Assembly: GCA_903895855.1 (NCBI GenBank)
Contig: CAITVN010000072.1
Coordinates: 67,932-131,931, forward strand
DNA from: Oligoflexia bacterium
Lineage (GTDB): Bacteria > Bdellovibrionota > UBA1018
DNA length: 64,000 nt
Reading direction: 5' to 3'
In this document: positions 10,510 through 21,854 of the stretch, in pieces
Layout of the letters: each line of letters starts with the position of its first letter
Numbering within the stretch: position 1 is the first letter of the stretch
Translations under genes and position numbers: made by a program
Notes under the pieces: model-generated
Told to the model about the DNA's origin: nothing
Seen by the model: only the letters and a program-made list of their open reading frames with translations
Databases searched by the model: none

Positions 10510-11331
10510 TTGGAAGATCCCAGAGTACCTAGCGGACTTCTGCAAAAAAATTCAGCGTCAGAAAAAGCAACGGTTTACGCCGGAGCCTTGACAGTTTACA
10601 TTAGAAAAATGACGCTTATGCCGAAATACAACCCCACCGACAATCGATCGAAAAGTGCCCGTTTTCGACACCCTATTTTTTACACTGGGAGTCTTTATTT
10701 ATTATTTTCAGTGGCCACTTTGGGGTCTTACCTCACATCGGGGTGCAGCCTATTGATCGGCAATGTGAAACCAATCGCCGAAAAATCTGAGAGCTATGAA
10801 TACCTCGATCTCTCAAGCCAGTCAAAATCCTGGAAAAAACTGAGTGATTCTAGCGCTGGTGGTTCAAAGCCGGTGGCGACGGCCCACGCAATAACCACCC
10901 CTCAAGTGATTGAGAGCGATTCAAACATCGAGCCTTCCAATAACGACGATGCGCAGTCAAATGACAATACCGATTTAGCTTTTCAATCAAAAAATAATTC
11001 TTCAATCATTTCACTTAATAGTGCCTGCCGAGTGTCATTTTCTGATGACCTCAGTCAGAGCCAAGCTCAACTGAGAGCGAAGGCCAATGAACTGCTGCTC
11101 GGAATCACACACATTACTGAGCGCGATGAAAAAATGATTGAAGTTCAAAAAACTCCCGCTCTGGAGACGACTATTCAAGGCGAGCTCAATCAAGAATCTG
11201 TCAGAATTCGGACGATCGTCCTGAATGCCAAAGGTTGCCTTTACGACCTGATGTACATTGCAAAACCAGAACACTTCAATGAGTCAGAGTCTGACTTTAA
11301 AAAGTTTGTTCTCGGTTTCAAGCTGAAGTAA
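10510..11331 (+). CDS. hypothetical lipoprotein
   Basis: Lipobox LTSGC after a hydrophobic stretch. The likely true start is the internal Met near 10609. Ser/Asn/Asp-rich with no recognised domain. Confidence 0.5.
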   Translation: MEDPRVPSGLLQKNSASEKATVYAGALTVYIRKMTLMPKYNPTDNRSKSARFRHPIFYTGSLYLLFSVATLGSYLTSGCSLLIGNVKPIAEKSESYEYLDLSSQSKSWKKLSDSSAGGSKPVATAHAITTPQVIESDSNIEPSNNDDAQSNDNTDLAFQSKNNSSIISLNSACRVSFSDDLSQSQAQLRAKANELLLGITHITERDEKMIEVQKTPALETTIQGELNQESVRIRTIVLNAKGCLYDLMYIAKPEHFNESESDFKKFVLGFKLK

Positions 11332-11346
11332 TCTATACTAACTAAG

Positions 11347-12153
11347 ATGTCACTTCAGTTATTTCGCAACTTCGCTACCAATGTCGGAAATCGCGTGCTC
11401 TCAGTTGTCGCCACTTCAGGGGGCATTGCCCGACTTTCGATACAAATCGTGCGTGAACTTTTTACTCCTCCATTTTATCCGAGACTGGTGATTGAACAGC
11501 TTCAACAAATCGGAACAAAATCGTTTTTGCTTGTCGTGATCGCTGGACTGGCGAGCGGCTCAGTGATGGCTTTGCAGTTTGGATATGGTCTCGCTAAATT
11601 TGGCGGTAAGCTCTATGTGCCGAAAATTGTGGTCTTAGCAATTTTGCGTGAGATGGGTCCGGTGTTTACTTCTTTACTAGTTGCTGGGCGCATTGGCTCA
11701 GGCATCGCATCAGAAGTATCATCAATGAAGGTCACTCAGCAAATAGATGCCATTCGGGCACTCGGCACTAGCCCTATTAAGCGAATTGTGATTCCGCGAC
11801 TACTGGCAAGCATGATTGCACTTCCGATCTTGACCCTATTTGCCGACTACATCGGACTCTTAGGTGCCATGGTGGTTGCGTCAACTGAGCTCGGAATTTC
11901 GAGCGAATACTTTATCGCGAAATCAATTGAAACCCTACGCCCCTATGACCTGTTTACTGGAATGGCGAAGACGATGGTTTTTGCTTATTTTATTTCGGTG
12001 GCAGCCTGCTGGAAGGGACTCAATACAGAAGGGGGCACACAAGGAGTCGGAAATACGACAACTTGGGTTGTGGTCACGACTAGCATTTTCATCATGATTT
12101 CAGACTTCTTTTTAACCAAATTTTTTATTTTAACCGTTTTTCCGAAGTACTAA
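11347..12153 (+). CDS. mlaE: MlaE-family ABC permease
   Basis: 268 aa polytopic membrane protein with MlaE/YrbE-like conserved segments. Followed by mlaF and mlaD. Confidence 0.8.
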   Translation: MSLQLFRNFATNVGNRVLSVVATSGGIARLSIQIVRELFTPPFYPRLVIEQLQQIGTKSFLLVVIAGLASGSVMALQFGYGLAKFGGKLYVPKIVVLAILREMGPVFTSLLVAGRIGSGIASEVSSMKVTQQIDAIRALGTSPIKRIVIPRLLASMIALPILTLFADYIGLLGAMVVASTELGISSEYFIAKSIETLRPYDLFTGMAKTMVFAYFISVAACWKGLNTEGGTQGVGNTTTWVVVTTSIFIMISDFFLTKFFILTVFPKY

Positions 12154-12159
12154 AGAGAT

Positions 12160-12927
12160 ATGACAATAACGCCAGATCGGAAAATTGCACTTGAAGTCAG
12201 TGACCTAAAAAAATCTTTCGGTGACAAGCAGGTTCACCAGGGCGTTTCATTTACCCTTTACGAGGGTGAGATACTGGGCCTGTTTGGGGGTTCTGGCAGT
12301 GGCAAGAGCGTTATTCTGCGATCAATCATCGGTCTAGAAAAGCCCGACAGTGGTCAGATTTTATTTGAAGGCAAAGACATCACCAAGTTGAGCGAAAAAG
12401 AGTTGATCAATATTCGAACTAAGGTCGGCTATGTGTTTCAAAATGGCGCACTCTTTGATTCGTTCACGGTCGAAGAAAATCTGTCTTATCCGCTTCAAGA
12501 ACACACCAAACTAAAACCGGCAGAAATCAAGGCGAAAGTTGAAGCCATGCTTGAGCTGATTGCCATGAAAGGGTCAAATAACCTTTTGCCCGCAGAACTG
12601 TCAGGCGGCATGCAAAAGCGTGCAGGACTAGCTCGGGCAATTATTATGGAGCCAAAGATCATTTTATTCGACGAGCCCACTGCGGGATTGGACCCTTCAA
12701 ATACCAAACGTCTTCTAGATAATATTCATTTACTTAAGAAAAAAGGAATCACCGGTATTTTTGTTACTCACGATATTCCGAGCGCATTAGATATCGCCGA
12801 TCGCATTGCGATTTTGCATCAAGGAAAAATTCCAATTATTGACACAGTTGCAAACATCATTCAATCAACTGATCCCTTAGTACAATCTTTTACCAGTGAG
12901 TCGAGGAGCAAGAATGGCCACCAATAA
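12160..12927 (+). CDS. mlaF: MlaF-family ABC ATPase
   Basis: Walker A GGSGSGKS, signature LSGGMQKRAGLARA, Walker B ILFDEPTAGLD. Confidence 0.9.
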   Translation: MTITPDRKIALEVSDLKKSFGDKQVHQGVSFTLYEGEILGLFGGSGSGKSVILRSIIGLEKPDSGQILFEGKDITKLSEKELINIRTKVGYVFQNGALFDSFTVEENLSYPLQEHTKLKPAEIKAKVEAMLELIAMKGSNNLLPAELSGGMQKRAGLARAIIMEPKIILFDEPTAGLDPSNTKRLLDNIHLLKKKGITGIFVTHDIPSALDIADRIAILHQGKIPIIDTVANIIQSTDPLVQSFTSESRSKNGHQ

Positions 12928-13750
12928 AACACTTCAGATGGATCTCAAAGTGGGAGTTTTCGTAACCATCGGCCTCGGCCTGATTCTTTTTGCGATTCTC
13001 ATTCTCGGGGGCGCCGAGTCGCTACTCACCCGTCAGTCTCACTTTCAAATGCACTTCAAGTCAGTTGAAGGACTCATTCCAGGGGCCAAAGTGGTTCTTG
13101 GAGGCTTGAGTGTGGGGACCGTCGAACAGGTCGATTTTGACCAAAAAGCGCGAGACATTAGGGTCGGCATCATCGTCAACCGCAAGTACGAAGGTTGGAT
13201 AAAAGAAGACACCCAGGCTGAAATTTCAACCCAAGGGGTTCTCGGCGATAAATACATTGCCTTAAACCCGGGAACTGAAGAATCTCCGCTTCTCAAGCCG
13301 GGGGCCGATATTACGACAAGACCGGTAAAAGATATTTCACAGATGTTTTCTAAGGGCGATCAATTGATGGTAAACCTCAACGTGATTGCCTCAAGCATTG
13401 AACGACTGCTGCGCTCTTTCGAAGTAGGAAATCGTAATGAAATCTTTTTTCAAGGAATGGCTTCGACCGCAAAAAATCTTTCAGAAGCAACCGTCAAACT
13501 CAATCGCGAACTCGATCAACTGAAGCTGAGAAGCTCGATTGGCCACTTGCATGACATTCTCGAAAAGATTAACAACGGCACTGGTACTCTGGGTGCGCTC
13601 ATCAATGACCCTAACCTATACTACGATGCGAGGTCTCTCATGGGTGGCGCCAATCGCAATCGAATCGTCAGAAATCTGGTTAGACAGACTGTCAAAGACG
13701 CAGAAGAAGCCGAAGCCAAAGAAAATAAGAGTGCTCCGAAAAAGAAGTGA
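12896..13750 (+). CDS. mlaD: MCE-domain protein (MlaD-like)
   Basis: N-terminal TM helix followed by an MCE domain. The start is probably M7 (about 12914). Confidence 0.8.
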   Translation: MSRGARMATNKTLQMDLKVGVFVTIGLGLILFAILILGGAESLLTRQSHFQMHFKSVEGLIPGAKVVLGGLSVGTVEQVDFDQKARDIRVGIIVNRKYEGWIKEDTQAEISTQGVLGDKYIALNPGTEESPLLKPGADITTRPVKDISQMFSKGDQLMVNLNVIASSIERLLRSFEVGNRNEIFFQGMASTAKNLSEATVKLNRELDQLKLRSSIGHLHDILEKINNGTGTLGALINDPNLYYDARSLMGGANRNRIVRNLVRQTVKDAEEAEAKENKSAPKKK

Positions 13751-13751
13751 A

Positions 13752-16205
13752 CTAATTTTCTTCAGGCTCTGGTGGATCTAGCACCGGATTCGGATCTTTT
13801 TCACCTGGCGGATGCCCCGAAGTCGGGTGAGTTGGAGTCACAGAACCGCCATTGGAGTGCGTCGAAGGAGTCACTGGCGCTTCATCTTCCCACCAATTGA
13901 CTGTGCCACTTCCCGAACCGCCGTTTGGAGGTGTCGTTCCTGTGCCACCGGTTTCTGGAGTTTCTTCTTCTGAATCATCACCGCCCGCAGCAGGTCTTGT
14001 CGGCTTGTTGTTTTGATTTTGCTGGCCTCCGCCTCCACCACCGCCGCCGGTTGTCGGCTCAGTCGTGTCACCCGTGTTTTCATCGCCTGTCGATTCACTT
14101 GGTGCAGGCCCCATTCCTAGCCAGAACAAGAATTTTGCGGTGTAGTGCGACTGAAAGAGTAAATAGTCGGCCGATTCTGCACCCAAGACAGCAGCAATAC
14201 CCAATTTTTTTGCGGCATACTTTACGACCCCTTCAGCGTAACCGACATAGCGCTTCCCGGTTTCAGTCGTCGTGAAGCCTTTGCCTTTGCCGAAAATGGC
14301 CTCGCTCATTTTGTCGAGGTTGTTGATCATGATGCGATTTCTAAATGAATACGTCGAAACGGCAACTTTGAGTTCACGCCAAACGAGCTCGTTGGTCGAC
14401 ACACTCAAACCCTGCCGATACAGTTGGTACCAAGAATCAACTTCTTGCTGACTCACCAAGAAAGCGGTTGGCAACAGAACTGGAGAACCGATCAAATCAT
14501 TTTTCAAAACTCCATGGGGCAAGTTAATGAAAAGTTCTAGCTTTTCATAGTCATCAATGAATTGAATGAGAGAGTCTTCGAGATCTTTTGCCTTAATTGA
14601 AATCTCCTTAGTCAGATTGGCTAGCTTCGCATCGATCAAATCAAGCTGGGTCTTCTTAGTATAAATTTTCGTTTTGATTTCTTCTCTAGTGACTGGACTC
14701 TCTAATTGTTTCAGCTCGCCTTTATCAATAATGATTTGAATTTTGGTTTCGTCAGCCGCAGACGTCAAAGCCTTCACTTGTCCCTGCAGAGACTTAATTG
14801 CCTTCACTTCGTTGATCACTTCGCCGTGTTTGCCACCGACACCACCCATGCCTCGCAGGCGTCCGGTGATACCCAACATCTCATTTTCAACGTAAGTCCA
14901 AATTTTCTCAGTTTTCAGCTCAGTCTTCTTGATCAGCTTTTTTAGCGCTTCATTTCTCACTTTTTCGTCGTTAGCAAGTAGACCAAGACTGGCAGTCACT
15001 TCGTCTTGTGCATCTGCTTGAATCAATCCTTCGAGTGAACGCTTTCGATCGTACATCAAAGTCTCAGGGGTCATGCCGCCGTCTGAAAATTTGACTAATG
15101 ATTCAGAGCTATCAGAATTGAGCTGACCGTAAAGCACCGGATTTCGCTTAACCGCCTCAACGTATGCCATCACTTCCAATCGAAACTGACCGTAAGAGTT
15201 GACCCCGTCCATCTGTCTCACTCGGGAGCGTATAATATTGAGATCATATTCACTATAGGGTGTCGTTCCTTTAACTCCAACCCAAGTCGTGACATCGAAC
15301 TTTGAACGCACGAGCGCTCGAAGCACACCAATCTGACCTTTTTGGCGAATGACCATTTTTTTAATAGGATTCAACTGCAGCGTATCGGGGTCGATAATGT
15401 CGTTGAGATCTCCTAGGTTTTTATCTTTCAAAGGATCTTTTAATTTGATTTTTCTAGCACCATCAGAGGTGTAAGTATCGGCAGCGGGTTCGGCACCCAC
15501 AGCCCCCGGCACTGTGCCGGTAGTCCCCTCAGCAGACAAGCTTTCAGTCGTTTCACCTGCGGTGCCTTCACCAGTAGGCGATTCTCCCGATGTGGCAGTC
15601 GGCTTATTAGCACCAGTAGGTTTATGTCCAAGAATGTCAGCCAATTCTCCGGTTTCACCGCTGGCGCTGCCCACGCCTTCTGAAACGGTTGCGACTTTAT
15701 TGACCTTAATCAAGTGAGGATTTTGACTTTTTGCTAGTGCCGACAGTTCTTTCAACCAGTTTGCATCAGCAGCAAAAGAATTCTCAAAGTAGTCGCGAAT
15801 GAATCTATCTTGTTTACTGCCAACCCCTTCTTTTTGTACTTCATCAAAACTTTTCTTGAATTCGACTGAAAATTTTTCGTCAAGCTCTCGAATGAGGTCG
15901 TAAAGTTCGCCTTTTTTTGACGAATAAACAGATTTGCGAAATTCGCCAATAAACGCCAGGTATTCGCTTTCAGAAATTTTTGGTAACGCCGTCGAAATGA
16001 AGAGTTCTGCGATTCTCTTTCCTACCGGAGTGTTTCGAATCAGGTATTGCCCTAGCTTTTGATCGAGAAGATCAGCCGCCTCAGCATTATGGTAGGGCGC
16101 CACAAGCGCCACAACCGAAACCGTGGTGAGCGTTGCCACCGTCAACGGAGCTGAACATAGGCTGATGAACACTGCTGCTAAAACTCGATTTTTTTGATTT
16201 TTCAC
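13752..16205 (-). CDS. large secreted hypothetical protein with low-complexity tails
   Basis: 817 aa, GTG start, signal-like N-terminus. The C-terminus contains a GGGGGGGG run and a Pro/Thr/Gly-rich segment. No recognised catalytic motif. Confidence 0.55.
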   Translation of the reverse strand: MKNQKNRVLAAVFISLCSAPLTVATLTTVSVVALVAPYHNAEAADLLDQKLGQYLIRNTPVGKRIAELFISTALPKISESEYLAFIGEFRKSVYSSKKGELYDLIRELDEKFSVEFKKSFDEVQKEGVGSKQDRFIRDYFENSFAADANWLKELSALAKSQNPHLIKVNKVATVSEGVGSASGETGELADILGHKPTGANKPTATSGESPTGEGTAGETTESLSAEGTTGTVPGAVGAEPAADTYTSDGARKIKLKDPLKDKNLGDLNDIIDPDTLQLNPIKKMVIRQKGQIGVLRALVRSKFDVTTWVGVKGTTPYSEYDLNIIRSRVRQMDGVNSYGQFRLEVMAYVEAVKRNPVLYGQLNSDSSESLVKFSDGGMTPETLMYDRKRSLEGLIQADAQDEVTASLGLLANDEKVRNEALKKLIKKTELKTEKIWTYVENEMLGITGRLRGMGGVGGKHGEVINEVKAIKSLQGQVKALTSAADETKIQIIIDKGELKQLESPVTREEIKTKIYTKKTQLDLIDAKLANLTKEISIKAKDLEDSLIQFIDDYEKLELFINLPHGVLKNDLIGSPVLLPTAFLVSQQEVDSWYQLYRQGLSVSTNELVWRELKVAVSTYSFRNRIMINNLDKMSEAIFGKGKGFTTTETGKRYVGYAEGVVKYAAKKLGIAAVLGAESADYLLFQSHYTAKFLFWLGMGPAPSESTGDENTGDTTEPTTGGGGGGGGQQNQNNKPTRPAAGGDDSEEETPETGGTGTTPPNGGSGSGTVNWWEDEAPVTPSTHSNGGSVTPTHPTSGHPPGEKDPNPVLDPPEPEEN

Positions 16206-16220
16206 GATACCAGATTTAAC

Positions 16221-16237
16221 CTATATGACGCATATAG
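16221..16237. promoter_or_regulatory. 17-bp palindrome CTATATGACGCATATAG just upstream of the 817-aa gene start
   Basis: Perfect 7-bp arms with a 3-nt spacer, 16-32 nt upstream of the GTG start at 16205. The position is operator-like. Confidence 0.4.
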
Positions 16238-16295
16238 TCAAAGCGAAACTATTCTAACATCTGAATTGATATCTGCTCGTAATTATTGTGTTTTT

Positions 16296-17390
16296 TTAGC
16301 AAATTCGAGGCAACTGCTCGCCGCTCGGCATATCAAGAACCCGAGTCACCCCAATCAATCCCTCGATCAAAACCCGAGACCGCCCACCTGATTCAACAGC
16401 CCCAATTTCGCAACTTTGTTCACCCACTTCGAAGCGTTTCATCACCTGAAGGGCTCTTTCAACATCACTTTCAGGCACAAAGGCCACTAGCCTACCCTCA
16501 TTAGCCACCGACAAAACATCTAAACCCAACATCTCGCATGTGCCCCTCACCTCAGCCAAAACTGAGACCGCACTCTCGCGAATTTTGATTTCAACTCGAG
16601 CCTTTTGGGAGATCTCATTGAGTGCACTCACCAACCCACCTCGAGTCAAGTCTCTCAAACAATGTATTTGAACTCCCGCCTCAACTAACGCCAAAACCAT
16701 CGGCGATAACGGCGCACAATCACTTCTAATGGTAGTCTCAAATTGAAGTCCTGACCGCGCTGCCATGATGGCAATGCCGTGGCGGCCGAGATCACCACTA
16801 ATTAGCACACGATCTCCCACGCAAACGCTACTCGGCTCAATTTTCAGTGAATGCTCAATTACTCCTACACCAGCCGTATTGATGTACACTCCGTCGCCTT
16901 TGCCTTTTTCGACAACTTTAGTATCACCAGTAACTATTTTAACACCCGAAAGGTCTGCCGCGATTTTCATCGAGCGCACAACTTTAATCAAACTCTCTAT
17001 TGAAAATCCTTCTTCTAAAATAAACCCAGCACTCAAATACTGGGGCCGAGCGCCACTCATCGCGAGATCGTTTACCGTTCCAAAAACCGCAAGCCGACCG
17101 ATGTCTCCACCCGGAAAAAAAAGTGGGTTCACCACATAAGAATCAGTCGTAAACGCAATGCGCCCCGAAGGCATCGGTAGCTGTGCACTGTCGTGCTCAT
17201 TTGACAAAAATTCATTCGTGAACTCTTTGGCAAAGAGTTCTTGTATGAGTTTTTGCATCGTGCGACCGCCGCCGCCATGAGCCATCACGATTTTTTCTTG
17301 AGCAGAAAACCCGGTGTGAAAAGGAATGGGGCAATTGAGAAATTCAGTCATGACTCGACACTCCTTCGATAGCGATAATAAGCCGAACAC
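16296..17390 (-). CDS. hypE: hydrogenase maturation protein HypE
   Basis: 364 aa AIR-synthase-related fold. The C-terminus ends in the PRIC motif characteristic of HypE. Confidence 0.9.
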   Translation of the reverse strand: MFGLLSLSKECRVMTEFLNCPIPFHTGFSAQEKIVMAHGGGGRTMQKLIQELFAKEFTNEFLSNEHDSAQLPMPSGRIAFTTDSYVVNPLFFPGGDIGRLAVFGTVNDLAMSGARPQYLSAGFILEEGFSIESLIKVVRSMKIAADLSGVKIVTGDTKVVEKGKGDGVYINTAGVGVIEHSLKIEPSSVCVGDRVLISGDLGRHGIAIMAARSGLQFETTIRSDCAPLSPMVLALVEAGVQIHCLRDLTRGGLVSALNEISQKARVEIKIRESAVSVLAEVRGTCEMLGLDVLSVANEGRLVAFVPESDVERALQVMKRFEVGEQSCEIGAVESGGRSRVLIEGLIGVTRVLDMPSGEQLPRIC

Positions 17391-18448
17391 GCACCTTCTG
17401 ACGAAACCATCGGCGCTCCCATCGGATTCTCAGGATTACACGAAACACCAAATGAAGGGCACTGCGAAGGTTTTCTCACCCCCTGAAGAATCAAGCCACT
17501 CATGCACTGAGGATTTTCTAAGCTCGTTTCATCTCTTAAATTAAATTTCTTTTCAGCATCAAATTTTTCGTATTTTCGAGCCAGCCTAAGTCCACTTTCA
17601 GGAATGGTACCTATGCCTCTCCAATTCTTGTGAAACACTTCAAAGACTTCACCTAAGAGTTTTTGTGCGTGAAGGTTTCCCTCAGCTCTCACCGAACGCG
17701 TGTACTGATTTTCGAGGGCAAAATTTCCTGACTCTAACTGAAGCACACACATCAAGAGTCCCTGCAAAATATCAAGAGGTTCAAACCCCGTAACGACAAT
17801 CGGCACTCGGTACTTGGTCACCAATGGCTCATAGCCTGCCATACCCATCACCGTACACACATGCCCCGGAGCGAGAAACCCCTGCACTCGATTTTCAGGC
17901 GACGACAAAATCGCGTCAATTGCAGGCGGTACCAAGACCTGTGACACGAGCAATGAAAAATTCGTTAACCCAAGTTGAGCGGCGTTCATCGCAGCCATCG
18001 CATTCGCCGGGGCGGTGGTCTCGAAACCAACGGCTAGAAAAACCACTTCTCGCTCACGATTGTCTTGTGCCACTTTGACAGCATCAAGCGGAGAGTAGAC
18101 AACTCGCACATCAGCACCCTCGGCTTTTGACTTCAACAAATCGGTTGAAGTACCGGGCACCCGAAGCATGTCACCGAACGAGCACAGAATAACATTCTTA
18201 TTCAAAGCGAGGTCTATCGCCGAATCAATCACAGAAACTGGAGTCACACAGACCGGACAGCCGGGACCGTGTATGAGATTGACTTGGTTCTTTAGAAGCT
18301 CATCAATGCCATACTTAACTATTGAATGGGTCTGTCCTCCGCAGATTTCCATGATATTCCACGACCGGGTCGCAGCACGAGAAATCGCATTCACATACTC
18401 TTTGGCCAGCGAAGCATCTCGATACTCGTCAATGAATTTCAAATTCAT
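17348..18448 (-). CDS. hypD: hydrogenase maturation protein HypD
   Basis: 366 aa with conserved GPGCPVC and CGxH-type cysteine motifs. Overlaps hypE by 43 nt. Confidence 0.9.
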   Translation of the reverse strand: MNLKFIDEYRDASLAKEYVNAISRAATRSWNIMEICGGQTHSIVKYGIDELLKNQVNLIHGPGCPVCVTPVSVIDSAIDLALNKNVILCSFGDMLRVPGTSTDLLKSKAEGADVRVVYSPLDAVKVAQDNREREVVFLAVGFETTAPANAMAAMNAAQLGLTNFSLLVSQVLVPPAIDAILSSPENRVQGFLAPGHVCTVMGMAGYEPLVTKYRVPIVVTGFEPLDILQGLLMCVLQLESGNFALENQYTRSVRAEGNLHAQKLLGEVFEVFHKNWRGIGTIPESGLRLARKYEKFDAEKKFNLRDETSLENPQCMSGLILQGVRKPSQCPSFGVSCNPENPMGAPMVSSEGACSAYYRYRRSVES

Positions 18449-18720
18449 AAAGGCATACCTGCCTTTTTTTCGGCAAACTCTTCATTTTGAGATTTGAGAT
18501 AGTCAAAAACAAATTGAGCTTCAACTTCGTCAATGACCGAAAGGGCAAACCCAACGTGAATGAGCACGTAATCACCGACTCTGGCCTCGGGCACAAAAGC
18601 CAAACTCACTTCTTTGACTACGCCGCCGATACTCACCCGTCCAACGGCAGTCAACTCACTTTCATTACCCAACTCAGGAAGCGAAATTTCAATGAGCTTT
18701 GCAGGAACTGAAAGACACAT
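18445..18720 (-). CDS. hypC: hydrogenase maturation protein HypC
   Basis: 91 aa beginning MCLSVP, the HypC MC(L/I)(A/G)(I/V)P motif. Confidence 0.85.
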   Translation of the reverse strand: MCLSVPAKLIEISLPELGNESELTAVGRVSIGGVVKEVSLAFVPEARVGDYVLIHVGFALSVIDEVEAQFVFDYLKSQNEEFAEKKAGMPL

Positions 18721-18751
18721 GATTAAAACCTCTTTATTCTATACTCACCAC

Positions 18752-21088
18752 TCAACCCACCGAACACCCAAATGCCCGACTGGCCGCCTGGCCAACAGAA
18801 AGGCCCCCATCATTGGGAGGCACCCGATGGTGCCAATAGGCAGCAAACCCCATTTGCTGAAGCCGATCAATAGCCAGTTCAGAAAGTACGCGATTTTGAA
18901 AGCACCCTCCCGTCAACAAGATACGGCTAACCTTTGAACGCTGAGCCATGACGCCAATCGCATGAGCGAGAGTCAGATGAAACTTCAGTGAGATTTCAGA
19001 AACATGAACCCCAAGTTCTTGATCTTTGATGACTTCCTGAATGAACGAACCCCAGTCAACTGTACCATCAGTACCGATTGACACCGAGTAGGGCCGAGGC
19101 AAATCGCCGCCGGCTAACAAAACCTGCGCAGCCAATGCCTCAATTCTCATTGCAGCTTCGCCTTCATAGCGACTCACCTGCACCACACCGAGTAGAGCAG
19201 CCACGCCGTCAAAGAGTCTACCCACACTGCTCGTTAAGGGCGAATTGATTTTTTTCTCTATCATCGTATGAATGAGCACGAGGTCGTGATCACTTAACCC
19301 GTGACCGAACCGCGAGCAAAGCGCAAGAAACCGGTCAAGATCTCCGCACGCAAGCTCTCGCATCATGCTCACGGCCGAAAGCCTCGGCTCTTTCACCGCC
19401 TTTTCGCCCCCAGGAAGCGCAAACTGCCGAAGACTGCCCACGTGTTCGAATCCTTGTGAATGAACGACCAAGAACTCTCCACCCCAAATCGAACCGTCGA
19501 GCCCGTAGCCACTTCCATCCCAAGCGACACCGAAAACAGCCTCGGCCTTCTCACGAGCCAGACCAAGCGCTAGTTCATTATCTACCAAACACGATAAAAC
19601 ATGAGCGTGGTGATGTTGAACCAAAACCCGAGTTAGCCCCACCCATTCTCGCGATTCGAGAATTTGGCTCGTGAAATATTCCGGGTGGCGATCACAGGCA
19701 AACTGAACTCGGTCAGCACCAAAATTTTCTACAGCTTTCGATAGGCCCGTTTCATAATCATCACGAGCGTTGACCGAATCGAGATTACCAAAGTGGGGCA
19801 TTAAATTTATATATCTATTATTTAATAATGATAAGGTGTTTTTTTCCTGGCCACCCAAACCAATGATGAAGTTTCCCGGAACCTTCAACCCCAATTCTAA
19901 CTTCAAGGGGGCATAACCACGCCCAGCCCGAAAAACGGTTTCTTGACCCGATATTTCGCGCACAACCGAATCGTCGACACGAGAAACGATTTTGCGATCA
20001 TGAACTAAAAACCCATCAGCAACACCAAAGAGAACACGCAAGGCTTCAGATTTTTCAAAACAAATCGGCTCGTCAGCAATGTTTGCGCTCGTCACCACTA
20101 ATGGCCTACCAAACGCTTTCATGATCAGGTGGTGAAGCGGCGTATAGGGCAATAAAACGCCCAAAGTAGAAAGCCCTGGTGCGACAGTATCAGCTATAAA
20201 GCGATACTCACCCACTCGGTTCAACAGAACAATCGGAGCCCCCACGCTCGCGAGCATTCGCGACTCAACATCAGACAATGCACAGAGTGCTCGCACTTCA
20301 CTCACACTCGCAATCATGACTGCAAACGGTTTACTCTCTCGCTTCTTTCGTTCTCGAAGTCGCTGCACGGTCTTGTTGGCCCCAGCATCACAAACTAAAT
20401 GAAATCCACCAATACCTTGAATGGCTAGAATTTGGCCCGCATTCAAGGCATCAACCACACCTAGCAGGGCTTGTTCGCGAGTTGAGACCACACCACCGCC
20501 ACCATCTATCAACGTCAATGACGGCCCGCACTCAGGGCAAGCGTTGGGTTCGGCATGAAAACGCCGATCACTCGGATCATCGTACTCAGCTTGGCAGCTG
20601 TCGCACATTTTGAACTCACCCATACTGGTATTCGCCCGATCGTAAGGCAGCGCCTTTATGATGCTATACCTCGGACCACACTCAGTACAATTCGTGAACG
20701 GATACTGAAAACGCCGATTTTTGGGATCAAAAATCTCTAAACAGCATTTCCCACAGGTCGCCAAATCGGGCAAAATTTCTGCATCAGATTCACCGTCGGG
20801 CACCGCAACAACACTCGAAGTCAGAATGCTGAACTCGTGATCATTTTGAAGTTCGATTTGCCAGCTCTCATTTTTTCGCAAACTCGCATTTCGCGGAAGC
20901 TCACTACTCAAGCGCGAACTGAATGCATCGACTGAAGTCAGTAGCCCCTCAACTTCAATTTGGACACCTTTTTTCGTATTTTTGACAAACCCAGAGAGGC
21001 TTAACTCGCACGCTAGCCGATAGACAAAGGGCCGAAACCCAACCCCCTGAACTCGCCCCTGCAGGTTAAATACTTTTCGAATCTTCAT
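18752..21088 (-). CDS. hypF: carbamoyltransferase HypF
   Basis: 778 aa with an acylphosphatase-like N-terminus, two Cys-rich zinc-finger repeats, and YrdC-like and Kae1-like domains. Confidence 0.9.
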   Translation of the reverse strand: MKIRKVFNLQGRVQGVGFRPFVYRLACELSLSGFVKNTKKGVQIEVEGLLTSVDAFSSRLSSELPRNASLRKNESWQIELQNDHEFSILTSSVVAVPDGESDAEILPDLATCGKCCLEIFDPKNRRFQYPFTNCTECGPRYSIIKALPYDRANTSMGEFKMCDSCQAEYDDPSDRRFHAEPNACPECGPSLTLIDGGGGVVSTREQALLGVVDALNAGQILAIQGIGGFHLVCDAGANKTVQRLRERKKRESKPFAVMIASVSEVRALCALSDVESRMLASVGAPIVLLNRVGEYRFIADTVAPGLSTLGVLLPYTPLHHLIMKAFGRPLVVTSANIADEPICFEKSEALRVLFGVADGFLVHDRKIVSRVDDSVVREISGQETVFRAGRGYAPLKLELGLKVPGNFIIGLGGQEKNTLSLLNNRYINLMPHFGNLDSVNARDDYETGLSKAVENFGADRVQFACDRHPEYFTSQILESREWVGLTRVLVQHHHAHVLSCLVDNELALGLAREKAEAVFGVAWDGSGYGLDGSIWGGEFLVVHSQGFEHVGSLRQFALPGGEKAVKEPRLSAVSMMRELACGDLDRFLALCSRFGHGLSDHDLVLIHTMIEKKINSPLTSSVGRLFDGVAALLGVVQVSRYEGEAAMRIEALAAQVLLAGGDLPRPYSVSIGTDGTVDWGSFIQEVIKDQELGVHVSEISLKFHLTLAHAIGVMAQRSKVSRILLTGGCFQNRVLSELAIDRLQQMGFAAYWHHRVPPNDGGLSVGQAASRAFGCSVG

Positions 21089-21093
21089 CTCAT

Positions 21094-21825
21094 CTAATTC
21101 GCAACCGAACCCAGTCGAACGTAGTCAAGCCACGCATCTAAGCCCTGGCCAGTCTTCGCACTCAAACACAAAATCGGAGCGGCTGCGTTCACACCGCGTA
21201 TGTGCTGAACACAGGTCGCAAAACTGAACTCTAGATACTGAACCAGGTCGATCTTAGTGATGACAATGAGATCAGCCTCATGAAAGAGTAACGGGTACTT
21301 CGATGGTTTGTCTTCACCCTCGGTTGTCGATAGTATGGCAACTTTTCGGCTTTCTCCCAAATCAAACGACGCTGGACACACCAAATTACCCACATTCTCA
21401 ATGATCAGGTGACTAAACTCTGGCTTCACAAATTCACCCAACTCGCCTCGAATCATCGCAGCGTCTAAATGGCACGAACTTGCTGTATTCAATTGCTTGA
21501 CCTTCGCGCCAGCGGCCTCAAGCCTCTTAGCATCAAAGTCTCGTTCTTGATCTCCAACCAGAATGCCAAGGTTGATCGAGTCCTTCAAGCGAGTACTCGT
21601 TTTTTCTAAGAGCAGCGTTTTTCCAGAGCCCGGAGCACTCATCAAGTTGAACACCAACAGCTTGTGATCTAAAAACCATTGGCGATTGGTTTCTGCAATT
21701 TTGTTATTCTTATCTAAGATCGACGTCTTAACTTCAATTTTTCGAAATTTTAAATTTTCTTTTTCTCTTCGAATCTCTTCAAATGCGACTTTATTGGCTT
21801 GTTGGCAACCGCAGTCTATACACAT
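21094..21825 (-). CDS. hypB: hydrogenase nickel-incorporation GTPase HypB
   Basis: N-terminal MCIDCGCQ metal-binding motif and GSGKT P-loop. Confidence 0.9.
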   Translation of the reverse strand: MCIDCGCQQANKVAFEEIRREKENLKFRKIEVKTSILDKNNKIAETNRQWFLDHKLLVFNLMSAPGSGKTLLLEKTSTRLKDSINLGILVGDQERDFDAKRLEAAGAKVKQLNTASSCHLDAAMIRGELGEFVKPEFSHLIIENVGNLVCPASFDLGESRKVAILSTTEGEDKPSKYPLLFHEADLIVITKIDLVQYLEFSFATCVQHIRGVNAAAPILCLSAKTGQGLDAWLDYVRLGSVAN

Positions 21826-21854
21826 AAATCAACCTTTCTCAGCGTTCAACTCTG

